Shown piece by piece: positions 18,102-26,690 of a stretch of DNA of 48,436 nucleotides (within the stretch, counting starts at the first letter, position 1; each line of letters begins with the position of its first letter). The notes beneath the pieces were generated by a model. It was given only the letters and a program-made list of their open reading frames with translations, searched no databases and was not told where the DNA came from. Both the position numbers and the translations under genes were made by a program. The stretch covers positions 1 through 48,436 of the forward strand of contig CAZKCX010000001.1 of assembly GCA_964550865.1 (NCBI GenBank). Direction: 5' to 3'. Origin of the DNA: an uncultured Planctomycetales bacterium (GTDB lineage Bacteria; Planctomycetota; Phycisphaerae; UBA1845; JAFGLZ01).

Positions 18102-18632
18102 ATGTGCGATGCCGACGAATCCACGATCGAGGTTCTGGTGGACCGGCACTTCGACGGGGTGCTCAAGCTGTTGACCCGGTTGACGGGCTCGTTCGGCATC
18201 GCCGAGGAAGTCGCCCAGGAGGCGTTTCTCAACCTTGCCAAGGGTTGGAGCAGCCTGGGCAGCCCGGATCAGGATCGCCTCTATCTATACAAGACGGTCT
18301 ACAACGCCTGGCGCAGGTGGTATCGGCGGAGCCGCCGATGGACCTCGGCCGCCCCGGAACTTGCCCTCGACGCAGCCGCGGCCGACCCCAGTCCGGTCGA
18401 TGAGCTGATTGCGCGGGAGAAGGCGTCGACGGTATGGTCCGCGCTCTCGGGCCTGCCCGAGAATCAACGGGCGGCACTCGTGTTCATCGTCCTCGGCGGG
18501 ATGTCGTACAAGGAGGTCGCGGCCATCATGGGGGTCGAGCGAGATACGGTGGCCTCCTGGCGTGCGCGCGGGTTGGAGCGAATGCGTCAAACCATGCTTG
18601 ACGGGAGCTCCAGAGTGGGGAAGACGGGATGA
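18102..18632 (+). CDS. ECF-type RNA polymerase sigma-70 family factor
   Basis: Start at ATG 18102. Region 2-like: IAEEVAQEAFLNLAKGW. Region 4 HTH: LPENQRAALVFIVLGGMSYKEVAAIMGVERDTVASWRARGLERMR. Confidence 0.85.
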   Translation: MCDADESTIEVLVDRHFDGVLKLLTRLTGSFGIAEEVAQEAFLNLAKGWSSLGSPDQDRLYLYKTVYNAWRRWYRRSRRWTSAAPELALDAAAADPSPVDELIAREKASTVWSALSGLPENQRAALVFIVLGGMSYKEVAAIMGVERDTVASWRARGLERMRQTMLDGSSRVGKTG

Positions 18633-19366
18633 TCGACCAGCGACTGGCCGCGTACCATGATGGAGAGTTGGGCGCTTCCGAGGAAGATCGCGTTCGTCGA
18701 ATGGTCGAGACCGATCCTCGGGTTTCGTCGGAGTTGTCGGACTACGCGACGATCGACGATGCCCTGACCGCCGCCCATGAAGCAGATTCGCCGAGCCAGG
18801 AGCAGCTCGCCGGCGCCAAGGCCAAACTCCAGGAGAAGCTACACCGAACTCGACCGATGCGAAGCCGCGTCCTCTTGCCCCTCGGAGTGGCATGCGCGGC
18901 GGCCGCGGCGGCCTTGGTGATCGTCGTCCTGCCCCAAACCGGCCCGGACCGGCTGGGGAGCGTTACGTGGGGGCCTCTCAATGCCTTGGAGACCAGGACC
19001 GAGCGCCCGCTTCATCGGGGTTCTACCGTTCGTTCGGGGGCGAGTGAGACGGCGCGGATCCGTTTGGGGGGAGTTGCGGAGATGGACCTTGGCCCTGAAA
19101 GCGAACTGACCATCTTGGGGGAGTCCCGTCTGCGATTCGCCGACGGTGCCCTCAGGCTGAACGCCTCCAAGGAGACCACCTTATTGCTCGGAAGCTCCGA
19201 CGTCGAGCTCCGGCTGAGCCCCGGAAGCGCCCTGAAGGTCAATATCGCCGGCGAGATCGCGACGATCCGGCATCAGACGGGTCGCATCGTCGTGCTCACG
19301 GGAGAGGGCGAACAGGCGCATGCCGGAGAAGGCAAGATAACCATTGATCTGTCGCCTGGTGGCTGA
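18629..19366 (+). CDS. anti-sigma factor (single TM, FecR-like periplasmic domain)
   Basis: ATGA overlap with the sigma gene. N-terminus LAAYHDGELGASEEDRVRRMVETDPRVSSEL resembles the anti-sigma zf-HC2-type region. TM segment VLLPLGVACAAAAAALVIVVL. Confidence 0.65.
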   Translation: MIDQRLAAYHDGELGASEEDRVRRMVETDPRVSSELSDYATIDDALTAAHEADSPSQEQLAGAKAKLQEKLHRTRPMRSRVLLPLGVACAAAAAALVIVVLPQTGPDRLGSVTWGPLNALETRTERPLHRGSTVRSGASETARIRLGGVAEMDLGPESELTILGESRLRFADGALRLNASKETTLLLGSSDVELRLSPGSALKVNIAGEIATIRHQTGRIVVLTGEGEQAHAGEGKITIDLSPGG

Positions 19367-19368
19367 TC

Positions 19369-20178
19369 GTGACACCCACAGCCAGAGCTTCACGTGCTTA
19401 CACATTGCTGGAAGTTCTCATCGCGGTGGGGATTCTGGCGATTCTGGTGGGCATGCTTGTGCCATCGCTGCAGAAGGCAAAGCGGAGAACAAAACGGACG
19501 CTGTGTCAAAGCAACTTGCGAAGCATGGGAATCGGCTTAGTCTACTACGCCGATGATTCCTCCGGGTATCTCCCTCCGACGGCGCAGAACTTCAACGACG
19601 ACGAACGACTCGATCTATCCGTCAATACCATCCTGCACAGGGAAACAGGCTACGATCTCCGCCGCTTGCTCGGTCCGTACCTATCTTGCGATCACTTGAT
19701 CTGCCCGGAACCCAGGGGCGAGGTCGTCTGTCCCAACGAACTAGGTGCGGACACGATCTATTCAAACTATCTCTTTCTTTGGGGGGCAAAGTGTGACACC
19801 CCTGATCGCGGGTACGAACGCATCGCGAAGGCCCCCGAGCGTGCGGTCTCAGCCGTGGACCTCACGTGGTATTGGGAGCACGGTGGTCAGCCGTGGTTCG
19901 GCGGCAATCATGTCAAGGCGCACGAAGCCATGAGCAGCCCGGAACCGTTTCCTCCAAACAAAAACAGAAAGTTTGGAGGAAAACAGTACTACCAGCCCTC
20001 CATGAAGCCTATCAATGGAATGAACGCGTTGTTTTTCAATGGAAGTGTGGAATGGATCCGTCGCGGCAGGAGGGCCATGGAGACCTGGCGGACCGGCGGC
20101 CCACTCGATCGAGCGGACTACTGCTATTCGGTCGTCTACCTGCCTCGCTGCTACCATTCGACGTCCGTTGGTCGATAG
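19369..20178 (+). CDS. prepilin-type N-terminal domain protein (DUF1559/H-X9-DG-like, planctomycete type)
   Basis: GTG start 3 nt after the anti-sigma stop. N-terminus AYTLLEVLIAVGILAILVGMLVPSLQKAKRR (class III signal/pseudopilin helix with Glu5). C-terminal NALFFNGSVEWI resembles the DUF1559 end motif. Confidence 0.7.
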   Translation: MTPTARASRAYTLLEVLIAVGILAILVGMLVPSLQKAKRRTKRTLCQSNLRSMGIGLVYYADDSSGYLPPTAQNFNDDERLDLSVNTILHRETGYDLRRLLGPYLSCDHLICPEPRGEVVCPNELGADTIYSNYLFLWGAKCDTPDRGYERIAKAPERAVSAVDLTWYWEHGGQPWFGGNHVKAHEAMSSPEPFPPNKNRKFGGKQYYQPSMKPINGMNALFFNGSVEWIRRGRRAMETWRTGGPLDRADYCYSVVYLPRCYHSTSVGR

Positions 20179-20194
20179 GGTTCTAGGGGATGCT

Positions 20195-20884
20195 ATGAAG
20201 GCAATCGCGCTGATGGTTTGTTGTTCCGGCCTCTGGGGGGCCACGCCCGACGACTCGAGAGAAACCGATTCTTCCCTGACAGGGGGACTGCCTCGAGCGG
20301 GGGACGGCTTGGGCCTCCTCGCGGGGGAGGCCGTCTTCGACGAGGGGGCGGAAGAACTCCGTTTCACCTTTACGTTTGCTGACGATGTGTACCCGGCGGA
20401 CGATTGGGGTCACGTGGACCGGCAGCTATGGGGCTACGTCGACATCGACCTGGACGTACCTCCCGTCGAGCAGTGGAATTCGAACAAGTCCGCTCTGAGC
20501 GGGTATTCGAGCGGTCTCGGAATCGAGGCCTTTGTCCATTTGGGTACCTATTCGGGGGGCATGGCGGGTCTCTTTGACTCGGCGGCCAATCGGTGTGCCG
20601 ACGTGCCGGTTTCGTTCACCGGCCCTGAGGTCGTGATCACGGTGGACTTCGACTCCATCCCCGGAGGACCTCCGACGGGGGACTCGATTGCCTACGCGGC
20701 GTACTTCTACGACTTCCTCCAATCGAAAAGCGCCGTATTCCCCGAGGGCGACGGCCATGCGCTGTCTGTCCCGGAGCCGGCCTTGACGGGGCTTCTCGCA
20801 TTCGCTATGGGGACGATAGCTTGCGGGAGGCGCGGGACCTGGAGGTCCCAGCAACAAGGGTGCGATCCACGGGTCTCGATGTGA
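20195..20884 (+). CDS. PEP-CTERM sorting-domain protein
   Basis: Internal ATG 20195. Signal peptide MKAIALMVCCSGLWGA. C-terminus VPEPALTGLLAFAMGTIACGRRG has the PEP motif, a TM helix and a basic tail. Confidence 0.7.
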   Translation: MKAIALMVCCSGLWGATPDDSRETDSSLTGGLPRAGDGLGLLAGEAVFDEGAEELRFTFTFADDVYPADDWGHVDRQLWGYVDIDLDVPPVEQWNSNKSALSGYSSGLGIEAFVHLGTYSGGMAGLFDSAANRCADVPVSFTGPEVVITVDFDSIPGGPPTGDSIAYAAYFYDFLQSKSAVFPEGDGHALSVPEPALTGLLAFAMGTIACGRRGTWRSQQQGCDPRVSM

Positions 20885-21200
20885 GAGCGAGCCCCGCATC
20901 GCAAGAGCACGCGCGTCCTGGATGTCCCGGGAACCCAGCGAACGCCTTCCCCACGACTCTTCACCGATCAGGCAAGCGAGTGAGCACAATGTGGCGGCAG
21001 GTTGCCCGTGTGTCTTGAGAGCCGACAACGGGCCAGTGACCTGCGTATCGATGGTGGCTTGCCAAGTGGGACTGGCATGTCGACGGAAGCGGAGATCCGT
21101 GAGCTGAGTCAGCTGGCGAGGACCGTGGCGGAGCTGATCCTCAAGCAGATGCGGGAGGAGGAGCGCTCCCCCCTCGCACCTGAAGACCGTCCTGGCGAGC

Positions 21201-21720
21201 TCAGTGCGGCCAAGGAGGAAGTAGCGTCGGCTGTCCGATGCCTTCTGCGTGCCGCGGCCGTCCTGGGGCTCGATCAACCTCCGGATCGCTGAAGCAGCGA
21301 GTGCGTTCGTCAGGATCGTGGATGAGGTCCCACGTCGGGACATGATTCCAGGACGCCGGCCGACGACGTTCGATCCCGTTGTCGCTACAGCCCAACCGAC
21401 GCTTCCTCCGCTGCTTCCGACGCGATCGGAATCCCCCGCGACGCCAGAGACGACAGATCCGTTCCCGGTTCACGGTGATCGGTGAGCAGGCCGACGCCCT
21501 CGAGTTGCTGCCGGAGATCCCGCACCCCGAAGACGAGAAAGATTTCCTGCAGGCGACCGGGACGGATGACCTCGTTGCGCATGTTAGTGACGGCGAGAAG
21601 TCGGCCGAAGACTCGGACAGAAACTCGGACAGATTCGGCGTAGTTTCGGTGTGTCGCGGTGAGTCTCAGTGTGAGGAAGATGAAAGCAACGACGACGCGC
21701 AACCTATTGGTGACATGCAC
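21201..21720 (-). pseudogene. decayed IS3-family-like transposase (OrfB/integrase) remnant with frameshift and internal deletion
   Basis: Two overlapping minus-strand frames. 21385..21720 ends ..RLQEIFLVFGVRDLRQQLEGVGLL. 21201..21473 reads NRERICRLWRRGGFRSRRKQRRKRRLG...NHVPTWDLIHDPDERTRCFSDPEVDRA. This resembles the IS3-type pattern (..vN.KRv.RLwReeGL.v..k.rkkr.lg....NhvWs.DfihD....g.....iVDEfTREcLalEVDRs). The match is from memory and was not searched. Confidence 0.4.
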
Positions 21721-21751
21721 GATACCCGCATGAATAGCGGCGATTCTGAAC

Positions 21752-21824
21752 TGAGGGCGCTGGGACTCGAACCCAGGACCTACGGCTTAAAAGGCCGTTG
21801 CTCTACCAACTGAGCTACACCCCC
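21752..21824 (-). tRNA. tRNA-Lys (anticodon UUU)
   Basis: Reverse complement is GGGGGTGTAGCTCAGTTGGTAGAGCAACGGCCTTTTAAGCCGTAGGTCCTGGGTTCGAGTCCCAGCGCCCTCA. Folds as a 7-bp acceptor stem (two G-U pairs), D arm GCTC/GAGC, anticodon stem ACGGC/GCCGT with loop CTTTTAA, and T arm CTGGG-TTCGAGT-CCCAG. CCA is not encoded. Confidence 0.9.
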
Positions 21825-22648
21825 GATGGGCCGTTGCATGCCGTCGGGCAAGAATGAACTCCGGCAGAATCGTACCTTGGCAAAGGTATCCGTTCGCGGG
21901 AACCCGGTCAAGGACCATGGAGCGTGCGTGCGCTTGCCACCGAGCAGGCTGCTTCATGGCATAATGGCTTGGCGAAGAAGGATCGAGGCCCGATCACGAA
22001 GGTTGGTCGAGGCATCCGGAGTACGCTTCGTGAGTGAAGGCGTCGTGCCTGCGCGCCGATCGGCCGTGGTGGGGGCCATCGGCTTGCCAACGGGGTAGGG
22101 AGTGTCCATCCCCCTCGGTAACGGAATCCGCAGCTCAGGGCGCCGGGGGAGCGTAACCTCGCTGGGCCCTCGGTCCGACCTCATCCAACCATAACAGTAG
22201 TTTCGTGGTCGCCTGGGTCCCCATTCTTTCTGTTCCGTCACGCTTCCCTCGTCGTTGGATTCTGCGCGATCGAGCGATCCTCTGCCGGCGATCCGTGGCA
22301 TTCGTACCTCCCCGAGAGAGATACCCTTCCCGTAAGCCAGGACTAATCATGACGGTAGGCTATTGATTTACAAGGGTTAGCGTCACTCCTGTGGGCATCC
22401 TTACGCTGCGCAAATAGAAACGACGCCATATAACGTAGGACTTGTCGCGATATAATGGAAATCCCGCCAAAACAACTGCAACAAAAGCCCCGGCAGAGGT
22501 TATAACCAGAGGGCCCGTCGCCAGGCGAGGCTGCGGAGAATGTACGCTTTGCGGCCTGGGTTGGCCGATCCGTAGGATGGAGGACGGACGGGGGGATCGC
22601 AGGGATGCGTGCAGTATTGTGGCAACGAGTTCTCGTAAGGGGCGTATT

Positions 22649-24349
22649 GTGGCTGGCACCGTAGGCAACGTAGCCGTCAACGTCGGCGAGATCCTCCTGC
22701 AGAAGAACAAGATTACGCAGGAGAATCTGGATGAAGCGATGGCGGCCCGGAAGGGACCGACCGATCGCATCGACAAGATTCTGGTGAAGTTGGGCTTTGT
22801 CGACGAGCGTGACGTGCTCGAGGTGCTCGGAGAGAAGCTGGCGATCCCGTTGGTGGATCTCAGCGAGGCGGACATCGACGTCGAGATGCTGCGCGCCATG
22901 CCCAGCAAGCTCGTGCACCGTCGGGGCCTCATTCCCTTCGAGCGTACTAGCGACACCATGAAAGTAGCCACTTCGGATCCGTTCGACGTCTACGCGTTCG
23001 ACGAGCTGCGGATGATGACCGGTCTGAAGGTCGAGCCGGTGCTGGCCGTCCAGAGCGAGATCGATCGGGTCATCAAGAAGCACTACGGCGTGGGCGGCGA
23101 CGTCGTCGGGGAGATGATCCAGGAGGACGAGGTCGAAATCCTCTCCGACAGCGTCGACGAGAGCGGCGACGTCATCGAGATGGCCCAGGAGGCGAGCGTC
23201 GTTCGGCTCGTCAACGAGATCCTCGAGGAGGCGATCGCCGAGCGGGCGAGCGATATCCACATCGAGCCCTATGAGCACGATCTGAAGATCCGGTATCGCG
23301 TCGACGGGGTGCTGCACAATACGAACGTCCCCGCCCAGATCCGTCGGTTCCAGGCGGCTATCATCAGCCGGATCAAGATCCTGGCCAACATGAACATCGC
23401 CGAGAAGCGGTTGCCGCAAGACGGCGGATTCAAGGTGAAGTTCAAGGGCCGAGAGATCGACTTCCGTGTCAGCGTCGTGCCGACGGCCTTCGGCGAGGGC
23501 GTCGTGCTGCGTATCTTGGATAAGCAAACGTCGCTCGTCGAGTTGTCCGAACTCGGAATGAACGAAAGGCTGCTGGACGACTTCAAGAAGCTGATCTCCA
23601 GCCCCCACGGCATCATCCTCGTCACGGGCCCCACCGGTAGCGGTAAGACGACGACGCTCTATGCCTCGCTCAAGCAAATCGTCAGCGACGAGATCAAGAT
23701 CCTTACCGTAGAGGATCCGGTCGAATACGTGCTGGAGGGCGTCAACCAGGTTCAGGTACTGCCGAAGATCGGGCTGACGTTCGCCTCGGCGTTGCGGTCG
23801 TTCTTGCGGCACGACCCCGATGTCGTGCTTGTGGGCGAGATTCGGGACAAGGAGACGGCGGAGGTCGCCATCAATGCATCGCTGACGGGTCACCTCGTGT
23901 TCAGCACCCTGCACACGAACGATTCGGCCACAGCCCCGACGCGCCTGCTCGATATGGGCGTCGAGCCGTTCCTGATCAGCAGCTCGGTCGAGGGCGTGTT
24001 GGCCCAACGCCTCGTTCGGAAGATCTGTCCGGAGTGCAAGGAGGAATACGAACCGGATCCCGCCGCGCTGCCGCCGGACTTCGAGTATCAACCCGGCCAG
24101 AAGCTCTATCGCGGCAAGGGCTGCCGCCAGTGCCTGAACACGGGGTATCAAGGCCGCGTCGGCGTGTACGAACTCCTGCAGATGAACGAAGAGATCCGGG
24201 AATCGATCGTACAGCGGGAGTCGGCGGGCAGGCTGCTTGACATCGCGCGACGTCACGGGCTGAGGCTGCTTCGCGACGACGGCTTCGGTAAGGTCGTGCA
24301 GGGCCTGACGACGATCGAGGAGGTCTTGCGGCTGACGCGGATCGGATAG
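22649..24349 (+). CDS. gspE: type II secretion / type IV pilus assembly ATPase (GspE/PilB family)
   Basis: Walker A GPTGSGKTT, Asp box ILTVEDPVEY, Walker B PDVVLVGEIRD, His box GHLVFSTLHTN, tetra-Cys CPECK...CRQC, and an N-terminal MshEN/T2SSE_N-like domain. Start set at GTG 22649 (AAGGGG 7 nt upstream). ATG 22577 or the track start 22442 are alternatives. Confidence 0.92.
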   Translation: MAGTVGNVAVNVGEILLQKNKITQENLDEAMAARKGPTDRIDKILVKLGFVDERDVLEVLGEKLAIPLVDLSEADIDVEMLRAMPSKLVHRRGLIPFERTSDTMKVATSDPFDVYAFDELRMMTGLKVEPVLAVQSEIDRVIKKHYGVGGDVVGEMIQEDEVEILSDSVDESGDVIEMAQEASVVRLVNEILEEAIAERASDIHIEPYEHDLKIRYRVDGVLHNTNVPAQIRRFQAAIISRIKILANMNIAEKRLPQDGGFKVKFKGREIDFRVSVVPTAFGEGVVLRILDKQTSLVELSELGMNERLLDDFKKLISSPHGIILVTGPTGSGKTTTLYASLKQIVSDEIKILTVEDPVEYVLEGVNQVQVLPKIGLTFASALRSFLRHDPDVVLVGEIRDKETAEVAINASLTGHLVFSTLHTNDSATAPTRLLDMGVEPFLISSSVEGVLAQRLVRKICPECKEEYEPDPAALPPDFEYQPGQKLYRGKGCRQCLNTGYQGRVGVYELLQMNEEIRESIVQRESAGRLLDIARRHGLRLLRDDGFGKVVQGLTTIEEVLRLTRIG

Positions 24350-24434
24350 GATATCTGAGGCGGCACGCTCAGCGAATGCCCGCCAAGAGTACGGATACTG
24401 GAGTGAGACCTCAGTGGTATTGTGTCGGAGGGCG

Positions 24435-24459
24435 GTGTCCGCAGGCTTGCCTGCGACAC
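24435..24459 (+). terminator. stem-loop downstream of gspE (possible attenuator/terminator or RNA-processing site)
   Basis: GTGTCCGCAGG-cttg-CCTGC(G)GACAC-type hairpin, ~10 bp with one bulge and a tetraloop. It lies 86 nt after the gspE stop and has no U-tract. Confidence 0.25.
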
Positions 24460-24759
24460 GGGACATGCCAGGGAGCGAAGGAACGCGAGCGACTGCGTAT
24501 GGTGACGTAAGGACGGCAACGGTTCTCTCGATCGCGTCTACGCGGCATGGCCGTGTCGACGTCGACCAACCAACCCCGATTCAACCCCCTGAACGAAATA
24601 GAACCGAGAATTCGGGTAGGGTTATGGTAGTGGCCGATGGGTTGCGTGCATCTCGGCCCGTCGGTGTTGGTAGAATAGTTGGATTGAGGGAATTCTGGAG
24701 CGTGACTCGGGAGGTCGTTGAGGTGGGGTCCAAGACGAGACCCGCGGAGGTGATTCTCG

Positions 24760-24787
24760 TTGACTGGACCCCAAGACACTGTAAAAT
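24760..24787 (+). promoter_or_regulatory. sigma70-like promoter candidate upstream of gspF
   Basis: TTGACT (24760-24765), 16-nt spacer, TAAAAT (24782-24787), ~40 nt upstream of the gspF ATG. Bracketed by the inverted repeat CGTTGA...TCAACG (24758-24763 and 24787-24792). Confidence 0.3.
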
Positions 24788-24826
24788 CAACGACTTGTAA
24801 CGAACGCCGAGGTTGCCTACGGAACG

Positions 24827-26044
24827 ATGCCCACATTCAGCTACATCGCCAGGAACCCCCGAGGGGAGCAAGTCACCGGCGTGCTCACCGCGGAGAATCA
24901 GCAGGCCGCCCTCCGGACCCTCGACGATCGGCAGCTCTTTCCGATTGAGGTTCGGGAAGGGGGCATGGCGGCCCAGTCGGCCGTGCCGGGGTTTCGTCGC
25001 CGGATCAAGCTGTCCCACGTGGGTGGCATGTACGGACAGCTGGCCGACCTGCTGCGAGCCGGAGTGCCGGTGCTGCGGAGTCTGGACGTCCTCACCAAGG
25101 CGACGCCCAGCCCGACCCTGGTAGAGATCATTCGCGAGGTTCGAGACGACGTGGCCGGCGGCGAGGGCTTGGCCGACGCGATGCGGAAGCACCCGCAAGC
25201 CTTCAGCGAGCTGCACGTTTCCATGATTGAGGCCGGTGAGCGGGGCGGCTTCCTTGAAGACGTGCTTGCCCGCGTGGCCGGGTTCGTGGAGCGCCAGAAT
25301 GAGCTTCGCAACAAGCTGGTCGGCTCGATGGTCTACCCGATCATCCTGATGTCGGCGGGCATGGGCGTTTTGGTGATGATGCTGACGGTGGTCGTGCCGA
25401 AGATGCGTCCGTTCTTGGAGACGCTGGAGAAGAGGGGGGAGCTGCCGATGCTCACGATCGGCCTCTTCGCCGTGTGCGACTTCCTCTCGGCCTACTGGAT
25501 GTACGTGGGCATGGTCGTGATGGCGGGCATTCTGACGGCACTGCCGTATCTTCGGAGCGACGCGGGCAAGCTGGCCATCGACCGGATCAAGCTCAAGTTG
25601 CCGATGATCGGCAACATCGTGACGCTCGTGGCGATCTGCCGCTTCTGCCGTATTCTCGGGACGATGCTTGCCAACGGCGTGCCGATCCTGCAGTCGCTGA
25701 AGGTCAGCAAGGACTCGGCGGGCAATCGTGTGCTGTCCGAGGAGATCGACAGAGCCGCCGAAAGCGTGCGGCAGGGCGAGACGTTGGCGGGTCCGCTCGG
25801 AGAGAGCGGTCTGTTTCCGCCGGACGTGATCGACATGATCGCCGTCAGCGAAGAGGCGAACACGTTGGATACGGTGCTCGTAACCATTGCGGATACCAAC
25901 GAGGTCCGGGCCGCCCGGGTCATCGACCTGGCCGTTCGGTTGATTGAACCGATTCTGTTGCTCTTCATGGCCGGCATGGTGTTGGTGATCGCCCTGGCGA
26001 TCCTGGTGCCGATCCTGACGTCCAGTTCGGCCATGCGAGGATAA
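24827..26044 (+). CDS. gspF: type II secretion system / T4P platform protein (GspF/PilC family)
   Basis: 405 aa. Two T2SSF repeats (..LADLLRAGVPVLRSLDVL.. and ..LGTMLANGVPILQSLKVS..) and three TM segments. Confidence 0.92.
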   Translation: MPTFSYIARNPRGEQVTGVLTAENQQAALRTLDDRQLFPIEVREGGMAAQSAVPGFRRRIKLSHVGGMYGQLADLLRAGVPVLRSLDVLTKATPSPTLVEIIREVRDDVAGGEGLADAMRKHPQAFSELHVSMIEAGERGGFLEDVLARVAGFVERQNELRNKLVGSMVYPIILMSAGMGVLVMMLTVVVPKMRPFLETLEKRGELPMLTIGLFAVCDFLSAYWMYVGMVVMAGILTALPYLRSDAGKLAIDRIKLKLPMIGNIVTLVAICRFCRILGTMLANGVPILQSLKVSKDSAGNRVLSEEIDRAAESVRQGETLAGPLGESGLFPPDVIDMIAVSEEANTLDTVLVTIADTNEVRAARVIDLAVRLIEPILLLFMAGMVLVIALAILVPILTSSSAMRG

Positions 26045-26170
26045 GCATCGTGGGCGGCGGGTGCTCCGCCGCACGAGGAATTGCGTCATAGGCCCGTGTG
26101 TGCGGGCTCGACAAGAACCTTCGGAGAACAAGCACTACGTGTTGTGCGTGGTCAGACAGGAGAAGACACG

Positions 26171-26623
26171 ATGAGAAGTTACCGGAGAAAGGGATTCACG
26201 CTGTTCGAGGTGTTGCTGGTGATCGCCATCCTCGCGCTGCTCGCGGCGTTCGTCGCGCCGGAGCTCATGCGTACACAGCAGGACTCGAAGATCGACATGG
26301 CCAGGAACGCGCTCGGCCCGACGGGTCCGTTCGCGCAGTCGCTGGACATGTACAAGCTCCACATGGGTCGCTACCCCGAGGGGGAAGAGGGCCTGCGGAT
26401 GCTGCTCGAGCGGCCCGACGACGAGGAGGCCGACAAGAAGTGGCGGGGCCCGTATCTCAAGCGGAAGGAGATGCTCAAGGACCCGTGGGACAACGAGTAC
26501 TTCTACCGCTTCCCCGGCGAGTTCAAGGAGGACAGCTGGGAGATGTGGAGCGCCGGTCCGGATGGCGAGGAAGGCACCGAGGACGACATCAAGAGCTGGG
26601 AGACCGACGAAGACTTCGAATAG
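26171..26623 (+). CDS. gspG: major pseudopilin GspG-like
   Basis: ATG 26171 preceded by AGGAGA. Prepilin site RRKG/FTLFEVLLVIAILALLAAFVAP. GspG core: LDMYKLHMGRYPEGEEGLRMLLERP...WRGPYL...DPWDNEYFYRFPGE...WSAGPDGEEGTEDDI. Confidence 0.9.
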   Translation: MRSYRRKGFTLFEVLLVIAILALLAAFVAPELMRTQQDSKIDMARNALGPTGPFAQSLDMYKLHMGRYPEGEEGLRMLLERPDDEEADKKWRGPYLKRKEMLKDPWDNEYFYRFPGEFKEDSWEMWSAGPDGEEGTEDDIKSWETDEDFE

Positions 26624-26690
26624 GCTTCTGCGGCGTCGCTCTGGCCCGCGGTCGTCGGCCGGGGCCCGGGGCGACCTTGGATCTGTGGCC

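Noticed and set aside
20426-21343. 305-aa minus-strand ORF overlapping the PEP-CTERM gene and the intergenic region.
   Set aside because: No motifs and Arg/Pro/Gly-rich. The plus-strand ORF has a signal peptide and a canonical PEP-CTERM end.
21826-22098. 90-aa plus-strand ORF next to the tRNA, and 21077..21292 (MSTEAEIRELSQLARTVAELILKQ...).
   Set aside because: No RBS or motif support and Arg-rich composition. The second overlaps the transposase remnant. Both are unsupported.
22451-22456. TATAAT hexamer in the AT-richer patch upstream of gspE, as a possible -10 promoter element.
   Set aside because: No acceptable -35 at 16-18 nt (the sequence there is ATATAA). On its own it is too weak to annotate, so it is mentioned only in the leader finding.
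22442-22648. Longer gspE N-terminus, from the track start 22442 or from ATG 22577.
   Set aside because: The extra residues (..GCGECTLCGLGWPIRRMEDGRGDRRDACS..) look non-native. GTG 22649 has an AAGGGG SD and gives the usual short leader before GEILLQKNKIT. The longer starts are kept only as alternatives.
22343-24466. 707-aa minus-strand ORF opposite gspE. Similar cases are 24581..26131 opposite gspF, 26135..26953 and 26589..27590 opposite gspG and the H-like pseudopilin gene, and 27782..28894, 28224..29960 and 29569..30867 opposite the pseudopilin genes.
   Set aside because: They lie antisense to ORFs with unambiguous Walker/T2SSF/prepilin motifs and have biased composition. They are typical high-GC antisense artefacts.
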